A stretch of 64,000 nt of DNA from Saccostrea echinata (Eukaryota): assembly GCF_033153115.1 (NCBI RefSeq), contig NW_026889778.1, positions 43,524,001-43,588,000 on the forward strand. The letters run 5' to 3'. The first letter of the stretch is position 1; each line of letters begins with the position of its first letter. Positions 50,322 through 64,000 of this stretch are shown here, one piece after another. Made by a program: the position numbers and the translations under genes. The notes beneath the pieces were generated by a model. The model was not told the DNA's origin. It saw only the letters and a program-made list of their open reading frames with translations, and made no database searches.

Positions 50322-51349
50322 CTCTAAGTTATTTTTCACAGCTTTCCAGTGCAGAAAATGTCTAAGTTTCTCATTTTATCAGCTTTTCCACAGAATTCCA
50401 CGACTTTCCAAGCCTCAAAATGTCTAAATCCAAATTTGTTTTAAAATTCAAAATGATTCTTAATACGTTTAGAAACATTTTTTAACTCCTGTATGAAAAT
50501 GAATGGAATTCCATGGAATTCCAAAACCTTTCAAAACCTTTATAAAATCTACTTTAAGAAGTTGTACCTTGTGTATTTATATAGTAGAAATTCCCTTGAT
50601 CCAATTAATAATATGTAAATTAGTTATCAATCAGATGCTTCCTATTGTGTTAGCTATGGTAGTAACCAAAAGAAAAATAACTCAGCGTCTTTGGGTAAGG
50701 CTATAAATATATGCTGTGCTGATGCTCTAGTAAGTTAGTCTGCCAGCCGTTGAAGAGTGCAAATCGTTATGATGGTAATGAATTTATTGTGCCTCATTTG
50801 TGGGTCACTGCAGACATATCATTTATGGTACATTAGGCTGCAATCCTACTTTAAAATAAACGTTGATTAGAGAGTGTTTGGAAACACTGCTCTGAGACAT
50901 AAGGTCTGGGAGCCTTGGAAGCTATAACAACGGGTTTCAGACCTTGAATAGCTAATGCACAGGATAGCTTAGGAACTTTGATTTAAGAATTATTAGAGAT
51001 TCATTGTTTTGTACATATTTAGTAATCTAATATTCTCGATTAGTTCATTTTGACCAATCAATTATAGGCGTAGGTAACGTAAGGAAAATTATATACCTCT
51101 TTCCCCATGACTGGGGAACTCGCAGAACATATTACGTTTAATTGTTTTAGAAATCAAATTCATCCAGTTAATTGACTTAAAGTGGTAAGGACACAGAATT
51201 AATATTTAATCACTAAAAAACTCACACTGTAACCAATTCGTCGATAGTTTATAATTTCAGCAGACATTGACATGCGTAAATGTTTATTTACGTCACAACG
51301 AAGAGTAAACCAGGATAACTGAATGTTTCACATTTGAGCAGTTTATGTA

Positions 51350-52610
51350 ACGGATAAATAATGAGATGGTGTTGAATAGTTTAGAAAAACATTCCCTCCG
51401 AGGGCCGAAGGACCGAGGATGGGATGTTTTCTCTAAACTTTTCAACACTATCGAGTTATTTATCTAACTTAAAAAAAAATTCCCAATTTTGGACCCCAAG
51501 GAAACATTTATCCATTCATATATCCAACTTTGCTGTAATACAATAGGATCTAGTCCATTTAGATATCCAGCAGTGACACAATACAATGGACTAATCGAAC
51601 ACCCCTTTTATTCATAGACTAATATAATGAGCATGAAACTGGTGCTAATGTCATTTCAAACCTCTCCATTGTACAGAACAGTCATGAATCGGACGAAGAA
51701 TTTGTTTTAACCCAAAGTAAATTTAGAGAGAATCAGATAGTGTTTTGAAAAGTTTTGACCTGGAAGCAGTCAATCTTTATGAAAAGTTGGACATTTATCA
51801 TTACATATAAGATGAGGATTTGTTGAGGAAAAGTGTTGGAATCTGGTGGAGTTCCAGTCGGACATTACTAAAACAAATGAAAAGATTGTAGGCGTTATGC
51901 AGAACCTGATTTAAAATAATCCATACCAAGATCTGCAAGAAAAACTGTGTCAAAAATTAATGGGCTGTTGATTTATTAAATTGATTTGGGAAGTACGCTG
52001 GAAAAGTATGAGAACAGAGATAAACCTCAAATAATCTGAGGGGATTTACTTATAACGGACCCCTGAAATAATATTTAGCAACAAAAAGTGATGTGGTTTA
52101 AGGTTCAAAGTGAAAATATAATTATATTATTTACAAACTTTTCAAAAAGTGTTGCTTTCAAAATTTAAGACCGGAAACATTTCTATAAAAATATCATCGG
52201 ATAAGTATTGAATATTTTATTGAAGTCAAGTGCAAAATGCGGAGGAATTGTTTCTTCGTGTGCATTGGAAATGCACTTTTAACAAGATTCTAATGGTGTG
52301 AAAAATGCGAAGGGATTCCGTGATCATCGGAAATACCTCTTTTAACAAAATAAATTCTAATAGTGTGGCAATTAAGGTCGACGTAATTATTAATTTTCAA
52401 TTGTATTGGAAATACAATTTAAAACCCTTTTATCTCTTTTGTTCATTGCTTAATTATGTTTTTATGCACAGTTGGATATTTAAGTATCCAACCGATAGGC
52501 AGTTGGATATTTGAATATCCAACTGATGGACTGTTAACGTTGGATCTTTCAATATCCAGCTAGTGATGGTTGAATCGGTAAAATATACGTAGACTAACAA
52601 CAATGGGTGA
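51350..52610 (+). mobile_element. Degenerate Crypton-like element
   Basis: Terminal palindrome at 51350-51470, an internal remnant RYAEP...KTVSKI/WAVDLL (~51890-51990) resembling the Crypton/DUF3504-associated N-terminus, and a GGATAT...ATATCC palindrome near 52470-52560. Confidence 0.45.
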
Positions 52611-52771
52611 CGTATGTGAATTTTATAATTTGACCTAGGTTTCATCGATACATTCAAAGTGTTTCACAATCGAGATATTAGGCTGAGGTCATTTTCTTGT
52701 TTCTCAGCAGTTCTCGACTGTCGGTAAAAGTGCCTTATACATCGTATCATAGTTCCTTCTATCAATTACAG

Positions 52772-53108
52772 GTCCGCGTAGCCTATGAAGAGGGCGTTTG
52801 CTTTGTGCTCGGGAGACCATGGTTATGTTCGAGTTCGAAGCGCCACGTCAAACCTACATCATAAACATAAAGATAGGTAGCAACTGTTGCTTCTCCAATT
52901 ACCCGGCTTTAGAAATGAAAGCCACATGACTCTCGGATGAGACCTGTAAAACCGAGGTAGGCGTTGGCGGAATAAAGAACCCTCATTAATCAGTGGCGTC
53001 GAGCGCCGAGTAAGGGTCTAAAATTTGAAGTCCTTCACCGGCATATGTCTCGTTATGAGTGAAAAATTCTTGAATGGGACATTTAACAATATATGATATA
53101 TCAATCAA
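52772..53108 (+). mobile_element. tRNA-derived SINE (same family as 2587)
   Basis: GGTAGCAACTGTT, TCGGATGAGACCTGTAAAACCGAGGT, TAAAGAACCCTCA, GGTCTAAAATTT...CCTTCACC and a CAAT-like tail. Confidence 0.75.
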
Positions 53109-54752
53109 AACTTACTATCATTCCAGTATATGTTGTTTCCTAAATTGCGGGGTGTCTAAAACCTCTACTATATTTGCATACACTTACGTACTGTTTTTAA
53201 ATGTCTTATAAAAAAAAAAAAACATCCGTTCAGTAATACACAAAGTTGAAAAAAAATGATGTGTTATGATCCACCTATACCTTCATACCTATGACTAAAG
53301 GGAAAAACTAGCAAATCATGCCTCAGTTGAGTTTGTGAACATCTGATTTCATGCTTTTTGATCCACGATTGCGAACCAACTATATTCATTTTCGACTTCC
53401 TTACCTTCAAGTTAATTGTTTATATATCAAACTATTAATTTAGAACTCTCAAATTATAGTAAACGCATGTAATCAATTTTAATGAAAACATTTCCTTCGT
53501 CTCCATACAAGCACTTATTTGCAAACAATCCAGTTAATATGATCAATGTAGCTGTTGTGTATTCATAAACATATGTGTTTGATATGACATAAAATTCCTT
53601 GTTGCTTTGCAAATAAAGTTGTAAATATAATCAATATGCTCTTAAATTCGATTTTTGACTTAAAAATCTTTCTGATTAATTATAGCTATGTACATGGAAA
53701 TTAAACTGAGTGTAGAGAACCAATACTTACAGCATGTTAAAATAAGATGACACAAAATTTACCTCTGCATTTTAGAACGAAAATAAAAACGTGACTTCCT
53801 CCTTATTACATACTTCTGATCATAAAGCTGTAAGAGATCGTTTCTAATAGTTAACATTTTAAATTACATGAGGTTAATTTCTTTTCATATTAGAAAATGC
53901 AGACAGATAAAGCATAGGAGGTACATGTAGGGGTTTGACTTTTTTCTGAAAATATTTAGCTTTGACTTTATAAATATATGGATTTATTTATCATTCTAAA
54001 GCCCCTCTTATTCTGCAATAGGAAGGGGGGGGGCTAAATACGAATAGTCTTTGTGTGTGTGTTTTTAAGCATTGATATTCTCTTTAATATCACTTACTTA
54101 TAAGTATTTTGTAATTAAACGTATAATTTCCATGCTCCAGCCCGTTCAAAAACAGACTGTTATAATTGTACGAAATACTAAAAAATACATGTAAGATATT
54201 TTTTAATACATAAGGACTATCTATAATGATTTGTTTAATCCTACATTTCACGATTTAGGTTACGAGAATGTCTATTTTTTACACGTACTGTTTCGAGCAG
54301 TTTTATTGTGTTAATACACTGTATATCATCAATTATCCATACTTTATGTGCCAATTGCTTAGAACTCATAATTATGACTATTCTTATGTTATTGAAGTTT
54401 TTTTTTCTCATTTAAAATTGCTAATTGTTAAATTGTATTCTGCTTTGAAAATAGGCAAATCTCCGATTTGTAATGCATGATAGGTATCTAGTTATTAATA
54501 TGTGGACCTTGGTTTATCATATCACAATTTCATGGATACTCATTAGTGCAAAATTTAACTGCAAAGTTAACTCCTTATGAAGGAGTATAAAAAAGCACGT
54601 GCTACTTCAACGTCAAACACCGCAGCTCTCACGTCGAACGATACAACCACATTTAAGATTAAGCTGCTCATTGTTATCATATCCAAAATGTTTTTGCCGG
54701 GAAAAACCTTTCCGCCGAGTAAGAAAATTGAATACTTGAAATAAATAAATAA

Positions 54753-54797
<45 letters not shown>

Positions 54798-56641
54798 ATG
54801 ATATTTACGTTGACGTCAAATATCACTCGTACACCGTAGTTGGCGTACAAGTTGTTTGTCAATTATTATTAAATGTCTAATTTTTTTTCTCGCAAAGTAT
54901 TACAGTGGCAATGTAGGATATGTCTACACTTGTTAAATCTCATATGCGGAATACATTGAAGCGTCTACAAGAAAAAGGGATACTTGTACTCAGAGGGACC
55001 AGAAAAAAAAAGACGAATGTAAATTGGTATTTCAGAGTCAATGAGAGATATAGTAGGCGAAAATTTACGAGCCATGCCGTGTTCAAATTTAATCAAGCTC
55101 TAAACACTGGATACCTTTATTCATTGTAGTTTTATGAAGTTAGAGTCGAGTAATCCGCCCTTTGACATCGTTGGGTTTACTTTGAAAAAGCATAGGCCCT
55201 GTCATCATTTTTCTGCTCCCTGAACATGCTGAAACAATGAAAAACGGGGTGAAAATGATGCCACAAATATTACTTTCAACATTCACAATAACTATTTTCA
55301 TGTGTAATCAGAAATAAGTATAATAATCTTAAGTGTCTTTAAAAATATGTATGCTAAACAATGGAAGCTCAACAAATGTTTTCATGAGAGTTCATAATTT
55401 CCCAGGGAGTCTATAATTTTCACTGACTAGTAAGCCCTATGGAACAGTCGTGCAAAAAAGGGCTTATGGCAATGTGTACACACCATTCAAAGAATGAATA
55501 CATTTGAGAAGAACTAATTAAGAGATTCTGAAATTCAAAACACATCAAGAATCATGATGGAAGTAAATAGTTTGGAAGAATTTTTCTTTTTATTGCTTCA
55601 TTTAATGTGTGGAATTTACAGAATGTTTATACTTAAGGAATAACTTTCTATGATGTTAATTGTGTTTACTGCTAATTGTGGTCAAAATATTTTTTATATC
55701 TGATTCAATACATTAAAAATGTATATCTTTACGAAAAAAAAAAATCCGAAAGCTTAGTTAATACATAAATATTTAGTCGGCGAATGGTCGGTATTAATCC
55801 CTGATATATACTTTATTTTTAAAATTTTTGCAAATATATGAATTGTTTCAAAAATATCCATTTTTTTCAGTTTTCCAAAATCGAATTGCTTCAGTAAATA
55901 TTTGTAATCTAAAATAATTATATTAAGCCTTTTATCCTTTTGAAAATGTCCACTCCTAAATATTTTTAACTATTTTGCGTGAATAATCGTTTTATATATA
56001 GAAAAAGGTAATCTATATTTAGTCTATTCGTATGCAATTAATTTACACATTGATTGATATTTCAATTGAGAAATATACATTTCTTCGGAATTATCAAGAA
56101 ATCAGCAAACTGGACTTTCAATGTGTTTTTCATATAGAGAATAGTTGGGGTTGTAAATAGTAGTACATAGGTCCTGGAAGATACTTATTATATATAATTA
56201 TATTCCCTTTACTTCAGACACAGGTAAAGCTCTTAGATCAATTGGTGTTATTTCAAATGATTTTCTACATTGTCACTTATCATTACCTTGATAAAGTCTG
56301 CTGACGTTTCAGTATATCAGTATAGAGCTTACAACTTGTCTCGAAAATTCCAAAGAAGCCTTTCTTGATGACTGTGACCCATCTGAGGGAACTGGACCTT
56401 GCTGTATACAGTCAGTATTTCATGGCCCATAAATGCTACAATTAATTTAGATTCATAAAGCTATATACAATCACAAAATGTTTCAAAGATAAAGCATTGT
56501 AAAATTACCCACAATTTTTTTTTTTGCAGCATTCTCATTTAATATCGAGAATTATATTCAGTTCACCGAGATTTATAGCTTTGAACGGTCGAGTCATAGT
56601 CTGAGCACGTTTGTAAATCACTATTGTACGTGATATAACAT

Positions 56642-57057
56642 AATATTTACATTTGCAAATGTTTTCTTTTATATAACACTATTAAAAGCAACGCGTATCT
56701 ATATCCGTATAAACACGGGTTCCTCGCGTCATAAACGTTCGACGTAATTTCTCAGTGACGTCATAAAGGGTCGTCGCGCAATCAATGGATCAAATACGTG
56801 CCGTTGAGTTTGAAAAATAAAACATTTCTTGCGTTAAAAATTATAATCAGGAAAACATAAAATATGAATAAGTCATAAATGTAAACAAATTAAGTAATAA
56901 TGTATCATTTTTAAACATCTATCTGGATATAAATACGGATTGGTACGAGATCAAATTTACCATAAAGCCCTTCGGGCTTTATGGAATTTGATCTCGTGAC
57001 CAACCCGTATTTATATTCCAATAGATGTTTAAAAATGATCCATTATTTCTTAAATAA
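56642..57057 (-). mobile_element. Palindrome-headed element (Crypton-like), copy 1
   Basis: ~170-bp palindrome centred on AAAGCCCTTCGGGCTTT plus a ~240-bp arm. Near-identical to the reverse complement of 58876-59289. Confidence 0.8.
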
Positions 57058-57645
57058 TATTATGTTATATCACATAATCTAAACATTGCTCTCTTTAATT
57101 GCCAATTATATTATCACTAACTTTGACATTAATATACCCGAATAACTTATTTTTCAACAGACAGTTGTGTTTTGGTCTTCCACATGACATGCCTTTATCA
57201 GCTGTTTATGCAATATAAACACTTGCTTTTCCGTGTTTGGGACTTAGGAAATGAATAAATCTCACCTTGTGTATTCTTTCCGGGTACCTCGTATCATTAT
57301 TACATCTATCCCATGCATAGGACCTCACAATTTTTCGTTATACAGCGGATATGTTGCATTAAACGATGTCATCTCGCACCTCCGACATCTGTGTGTTTTG
57401 TCGGAGGTAATGGCGGACAAAGTTTCCGCGATTCTGATTGGCTGTGCGGAGATGGCAACTGCGTCACCCGTGACGACGTGGAAGCGTGAATTAGGTAAAA
57501 TATTAAACGTATTACTACAATATCCATTTTAATTGAATATGTTTCAATTAGTAAGTAAGTACCACTGATTACGTATGCAGAATTTGCATCATATATTTAA
57601 TTCCCTTTTATTTTATCCTTTTATTCCATCTTATTTCCATTACAG

Positions 57646-58399
57646 GGTGGGTTTTAATTTTGGTAGCTTCTGCTAGTTTTGGTATTGGTTTTATATGCTG
57701 CACCATCGCATTCATCGTCATTTGCAAATTAAAAAAACGCAAAAATTTTACATATAAGAAATGCTTTTTAAATATCTTATTAATAGCTTTCATGCCGTTA
57801 GTATGAACGACATAAGATGGTTAATATACATGAAATATACACTAAATTACAAATATTCAGTTAGATGCTGAGATACATATTGAATAGATAGTCTATTCTT
57901 CCTATGTTACTTTGGTTCTTTAGCGCTCAAACTTATGCTGATGCAACTGCAACTGATACTACAGCACAGATTTATCACACCTTTCGCAAATGCACTAATT
58001 TGAGCGGAAAGCTAGCGGTGAATTTCAAGACTGCGCATCTTTTTAACCATATCAGCATTTTCTTATTTCAGTTTGGAAGATAATGCATTTAAATTACATT
58101 AAATTGTGCTCTTATTTCAGACTGCAGAGCCAGGTCAGGAGACATATCGTTATAGCCAAGCGGGACAGATTTCTGCAGAAGAGGGAGTTTACAATCATTT
58201 AAGAGAAAACACAGAAACATGCTTAATCCATGGTATTTATGATGTTTCTCAACCTTCCACTAATAATGTGAATGTGGAGTCTACGATCTTACTAAAAATG
58301 TGTACCAGACGTCAAGACACTGTTTCTTTGTGCTGCAACCGCACTATAGATAATGTAGACAGAGCACTACACTCGAATTATAGGATATTAAGAATTTAA
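57646..58399 (+). CDS. 3' exons of a paralogous membrane protein (TM + Tyr-motif tail); possibly partial or pseudogenised
   Basis: TM exon from 57646 reads WVLILVASASFGIGFICCTIAFIVICKLKKRK (donor unclear). Exons 57924-58017 and 58121-58399 follow; EEGVYNHLREN matches EESYNHLREN of the 4120 gene. Confidence 0.65.
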
Positions 58400-58875
58400 A
58401 ACGTAACTTTTATTATGGATCTATGCTTAAGAATCTTGATTTATAGAATTATAATTCTGAAAAAAAAAATCAGGTAAACAAGCCAAGTCTGCAATGCATT
58501 ACCATATCTTATTAGATTCTATAAATGAGTTAAAGGCTTTTTGTTCACTCGTGCATATCTCATTAAAGTTTAAGTTATTTGCAATGAATCAAATAACATC
58601 TTATAAATAAGATTTAGATATGTAAGTGAATTCGGTTTCAATGCAAAAGAAAATTCCCTCACACAAATGAATTATCGTTTTACATTCCAAGAGTAAATAA
58701 TTTATCATGTTTCATTTTGTAATTTTCAGGACCACCTTCCATTAAACATTTCAATAGTATTGCTGTAATAAAAAGTTTCTTTGAAAATAAAATTAATTTT
58801 GTGAATTAAATTTGAATGATAAACTTTGCATCTCTCAATGCAGAGAGTGATTGTTTTCTATAATTAATGTAAATT

Positions 58876-59289
58876 TTATTTAAGAAATAAGGTATCATTT
58901 TTAAACATCTATCGGGATATAAATACGGGTTGGTCACGAGATCAAATTCTATAAAGCCTGAGGGGCTTTATGGTAAATGTGATCTCGTACCAACCCGTAT
59001 TTATATCCCGATAGATGTTTTAAAATGAAACCTTATTACTTATATTTACATTTGTGACTTATTCATAATATATATTAGCCTGATTATAACCTTTAACACG
59101 TGAAATGTTTTATTTTTTCAAACTCAACGGCACCAGTTTGATCTATTGATTGCGCGTCGATCCTCTATGACGTCACTGAGAAATTACGTCAAACGTTTAT
59201 GACGCGAGGAACCCGTGTTTATACGGATATAGATACGCGTTGCTTTTAATAGTGTTATATAAAAGAAAACATTTGCAAATGTAAATATT
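58876..59289 (+). mobile_element. Palindrome-headed element (Crypton-like), copy 2, inverted relative to copy 1
   Basis: Reverse complement of 56642-57057. Confidence 0.8.
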
Positions 59290-60459
59290 CGGCCTTATAA
59301 CGTCACATTAGGGAAAATATCTGTTTATTACTGCAGCGGGTTTCCGTTATATATGATGATGTTTGGATGCTTGAAGTTATATCACTGAAGGCTATAAAAT
59401 TGTATATTTTTACACTAAAATGTTTAGGGTATATAGGGATCTTTCGTATTTTCTTGAATATGTGTATTGACCTGCTTAAAGTTATACTTAAAGATGCACT
59501 TCAAATTTTCATTCAAGCAATTTACTCTAGTTTTTGCAAGATAGATTCAAATAGTTTCCCCTCCTAGAATCAAAAGTCATGCCGAGATTCTTTTGAAGAA
59601 CTGCAGAAACAAAATAGGAAATCTGTGATCAAATAATAATAAATCCATATAAAGGTATCTTTCTCACAATAGTCGAAACAAAAGATGATGCTTCACTCTT
59701 TTGTGTACTATTCAACCCATTTGAACGATTTGTCTTGTGTATTTGTAAAAAGTATTTAAAAAAAAAATAATTAATTCCTTTTTTTGTCTTGATGTTGTAA
59801 AAGAACATAGTTCAATCCTTGATCACTTTATAACTCACACATGTACAAGCAATTTTTAAAAAAAATAAACCTTCAGCAGGCGTTGACATGCCTACATGAA
59901 TGTTTACGTTACAAAAAACAGGCAAACAGGAATACTGAATGCTTCGCATTTGAGCAGCTTATTCTAAGTCTCATAGATTTATTTAAAGTTTTTTTTTTTA
60001 TTATTGGCTAAGGGGATTTTGTTGTTTCTCGGCAAATCTAGACTTTCAATGAGAGTGTCCTATTTCATGATGTTCCCACTATCAATTATTGGTAATGATA
60101 GACTTCTGATAGGGCGTTTCTTTTGTGATCGGGACGCCCGGGTTCAATTCTCCTTCGACGCGCCGCGGCAAACACAAGACGTAAATGGCTCTAAACTCTC
60201 TCTTGAGTGCATGTATATCTTGTACAAGTAGTATATGGTAAAACATTATTTGAAAAATATAAAAAATAAGTCCGAAGGCCGTCAGATTTCAATAAGTTAG
60301 TAAGCAGAAGTAAGCATTACCAGCAAGGAAATGATTGTTATTAAATGAATAGAAAAAAAACCCTTTCACCTTCGAAAAAGTTTAGTATTAATATAATTTT
60401 TGCGAACAGAATGTTTGTTTGATGAATTGAATAACGTTCTTCACTAATGAATGAAATAG

Positions 60460-60960
60460 GTGAAGATAACAAACATTAATCGATCTCAACAAACAATTAT
60501 TATACTAATCTGTGAATAGGACAAAAAACTCAGAGTCCTGGAAATTCCAGGATCAGGTGCCTAGGAGGAGTGAACATCCCATGTCGACTTGTCACACCCG
60601 CCTTGAGCCTTATGTATACATCTGATAGACGTTATGATCCATTTTCAAATTTAATATAAAACAAAGGCCTAATAATTGATATGAAAAATGCCAGTTAAAA
60701 AGACCTAATAAAAGGTTATATTTGCTAACAAGGTCATTAAACGATCATATAATTTACAAAATGCTGAGGTTCTTAAAAATCCTGTAACATCGATGCACAT
60801 GTATTTGTAAGTAGTCTGCGTCGGCTAAAAATTTTTAAAACTTTTTTTTGAAAGGATGCTTGCCCTTGAATACCGAATGAGTGGAAAACACTATATGCAG
60901 ATGATATTGGAATATCGCAGACTCTGTAGTGTCTTTTATTTCGAGTTTAGTGTGTTACAT
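60460..60960 (-). mobile_element. Penelope-like element 3' fragment
   Basis: GGTGAAGATAAC...GGATCAGGTGCCTAGGAGGAGTGAACATCCCATGTCGACTTGTCACACCCGCC. Confidence 0.6.
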
Positions 60961-61380
60961 CGGGCCAACATATAAATAGAAGTAACTACCACAAAGGAGT
61001 TTAATTTAACTTATTTGATATTTTACTAAGCTTGTACATTTCATGGTGGTTTTAATTTCACGGTCACTGAATTTCGTTTTACTACATACTTGCAATTTAT
61101 AAATTATGTTTTACAAACGAAGAAAGTTATGAAAAATTATTCAAAATAGGCGTATCTAATGACGAACTTTAACCAGCCATTGTTATTGTACTCAGGTTTC
61201 CTAATGATTTTTATTTACTAACATTATGTACTTCTTTACAGTTACAAAATAAAGGAAAAACAGGAACAATTAAACGCTAAATAGAAATGTTAAAAATATT
61301 CACGAAGCATTAATTTTCTCTGAAATGTCTTATCGTGAACATAGTGAAAAAAAAAAAACACATCGCAATGTATTACACTT

Positions 61381-61640
61381 TTACAGCATTGTCGTCCATA
61401 CATTTGATTGCTGATTTGAGTGCCACAGCAAGTTTTTCTTCCTCTCATTTAGAAGGTTTTTAATTCTGCTTAATAGGGATAGAAAAACAGATCGGCTTAT
61501 TCCAAAAGATTTTTGGGAGATCTGGCCTCCAAAGACTACATATATGTTGTTGAGGAACTCCAGCATCCGTTTAATATCAACCTCAGATGACATATTTAGA
61601 ATCAGAGAGATATTGAACACACGAAGGAACAAAATGAGTT
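61381..61640 (-). pseudogene. Penelope-like reverse transcriptase fragment
   Basis: SEVDIKRMLEFLNNIYVVFGGQISQKSFGI resembles the PLE RT motif MLEFLIDNIFV.FGG.VFQQ..GIPMG. Confidence 0.75.
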
Positions 61641-64000
61641 TCTTATATTTACTTCTGGAAGCAAAATTCTTTATTTATATATTTATTATACATTGTGAAT
61701 GCAGGAAACGCAGGAGTTTAATCAGCAATATCTAGGGTTCATGAAATCAACTAATTAAAATCTTACATATATTTTTCTTTCAATATGATGCGTCGAAATT
61801 TCAATAAATGAATCATGTCAACTGAATGATTATTGCAAAGGAACCAACTATTCTGGAATGTGCAAAAACGAGTTTATTTGCCCCTGAAATGAAGGGTTTG
61901 ATTAGGAAAATGGACACATCTCATGCAAATTAGGAGTATTTCTTTTTGCCTAAAAATTTTCAAAACCGCTTTTATCAGTTGTTAGGCTTCTTTATCTTGC
62001 TTTAATTTTTTTAAAAATGTATATACATTCCTCCATTTGGAGCAAATGTCATAGCTTTATGTACATTATCTATTTAAATTTGAAGTACTGTTTGATGACC
62101 ACATTCTCGGGTGAACGCTATTTTTTTAGTCTTGCGAAGCTAAAACATGTACCTATCGCATAGAAAATCTGACTCGTAAACACATCGACAAAGAACATAT
62201 TATTCTTATAAATTCTTCAATGATAGATGTTTTAGAGGTTTGTTTTTGAATTAATACTAAACAAACAGTTTTTAATGTATCAGTGTCATATTATTAAATT
62301 ACTTTGTCTTTAATATAATGTGGAATATGCTTGAATTGATGACAAACTTGTATTGCAATGTATATTTTTGTTCATCCAATTTCAAATCAACGGGTAAATC
62401 ACTCTAACTGTACAAAGTAACATTGAATTTGAACTCTTCTGTGTGCAGGGTATAGTGTCCTTAATCTTTGTCTTCTTGAAAATCAGGACTTCCTTAATTA
62501 GTCCTGTACACATTGACAATAGACAGTATTTAATTATTGTAAGATACGTTCATAAATGCATTTACTATGAGACAGAAAGTCGTAGTTTCAATTGACCGAG
62601 AGTGAATCTTTTTGTCGTGCAATTAAAATAGAGAAGATACAGATAAGTTATCATTTTCATAAATCATTAACATTAAAACTATAGAACAGCGCAAAACTCG
62701 TAAAAATGTTAACACTTCTGTTGCCTAGGAGAAGTAAATATTTCCATAATGACCGATCACATCATATGGACATTGCGATTTGCAAAAATCCACCTTTAAA
62801 CGAGACTGCTTAAAGCCTTGTAATATCAACATATTCATCTGTTGCTTTCCTCTATCTAGAAATTGATCGTACACGGAACATACCCTTGTGATGTGAAACA
62901 CAACATCTAAACGTTTGAAAATGTTCTATGGTTTAAAATATGAACTTTAGTAGAATGCTTTAGAGTGAGTACTTGCATACTAATGTTATACACCAGGAAA
63001 AGCATAGTGTGGAGTGTTACTACTCAAGACATGTTGCAATCGATGACCTTAAAGGGAACTTATAAACGATTTGTAGAAATACAGTTTGAGTCTCTTTTAA
63101 AATTTATTTACCACAAAGTATGAAAAATAATTAAAATGAGGAAACTCAGCTGTGAATTTTATCAAAATGAGACTGAAATAAACCATTGAGAGTGAGAGGA
63201 CGAAACACTAAATTCATTATCCTAATATGTAAGCTATTTTTTTTTAATCTTAAGTTTAACTACATTATTGTAGTATTTATAATTTCTTTAAAAGATGTAC
63301 AAACAATACCATATTGATTTTTTTTTTCTTTTAGCAATAGAATCATTCATTTAAAAATATAGAAAAAATATATCTGCGTTCAAAAAAGATCATTTTAATA
63401 ACTTTTAAATATATTAAGTGCATTTGTTTTCAGACTAACTGCAAATTTACATTGTCATAACCAACGAAATTCACAAGGAATAGAAAAACAACGAAAATTT
63501 CACTGAAGCATTTAAAGGGTAAATATTGGTTTAAAAAATACCAACATGATTAATTATATACCAGTGTTTTATCGCTATGTCACTATTTTCAGCAAATATG
63601 CCGTGCGGATGTTTAAATGCTTAAATTATTCTTATTAATAAATGTTTTCATATATTTTAACATCGGTTCTTTCCAGTGATTTATTGGTAAAGCTGGTTTA
63701 AGTAAATTTCACAACGAACTATTTTGTTAAAGCGTCTGAAAGGTTTATTTTAAATAAGATATTAAGCAATTCAGATTTAAGTAAAAAAAAATAGTTACTG
63801 ACAAACACTGCCATTGTGGAACCCTGTGTTGTGGAGATTTCATTAATATTGTCAATGAGGAGGGAAATTGTGAATTTTGACCAAATCAAACTCTTACAGA
63901 GGAGATAAGGTAAGCAATTAATTTTAAGAGAAGAGAGTCAAAGAGCCCGTCCATGTTATATCCATGCCGGGAATACACCTCCCCCGAATCCGTCATACGC

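Noticed and set aside
56218-56223. 6-nt microexon (TTCAG|ACACAG|GTAAAG) upstream of the second TM exon
   Set aside because: The splice signals are plausible but could easily arise by chance; transcript evidence is needed.

Overview
This is AT-rich, intron-containing eukaryotic DNA, most consistent with an oyster or other bivalve genome. That assignment is inferred from the repeat families and the EB-module gene. The ORF track is mostly noise; the real genes are spliced. I reconstructed three host genes by hand. (1) A ~11 kb type-I membrane receptor gene (4120-15075) with signal peptide, Cys-rich domain, EB modules, TM segment and Tyr-rich tail. (2) A partial paralogue at ~57.6-58.4 kb sharing the tail motif YNHLREN. 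(3) A 3-exon gene for a small secreted, helical, bacteriocin/saposin-like protein (31421-32462). The rest is a dense, nested mobilome: a Ty3/gypsy gag end with PBS, a full-length degenerate PIF/Harbinger element, a CACTA element with 249-bp TIRs nested in a hAT, a second hAT, a Tc1/mariner derivative, Helentron-type satellite-bearing elements, Crypton-like palindromic elements, Deu/Nin SINEs, Penelope fragments and a Kolobok/P2X7-like remnant. The most novel-looking item is the Harbinger (18715-23286). Its accessory Myb/SANT gene carries an N-terminal zinc finger and an IAP-type RING-finger exon, missed by the ORF track, that can be spliced in frame. There are two assembly gaps (5892-6063, 6737-6883). 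All coordinates and translations were derived by eye.
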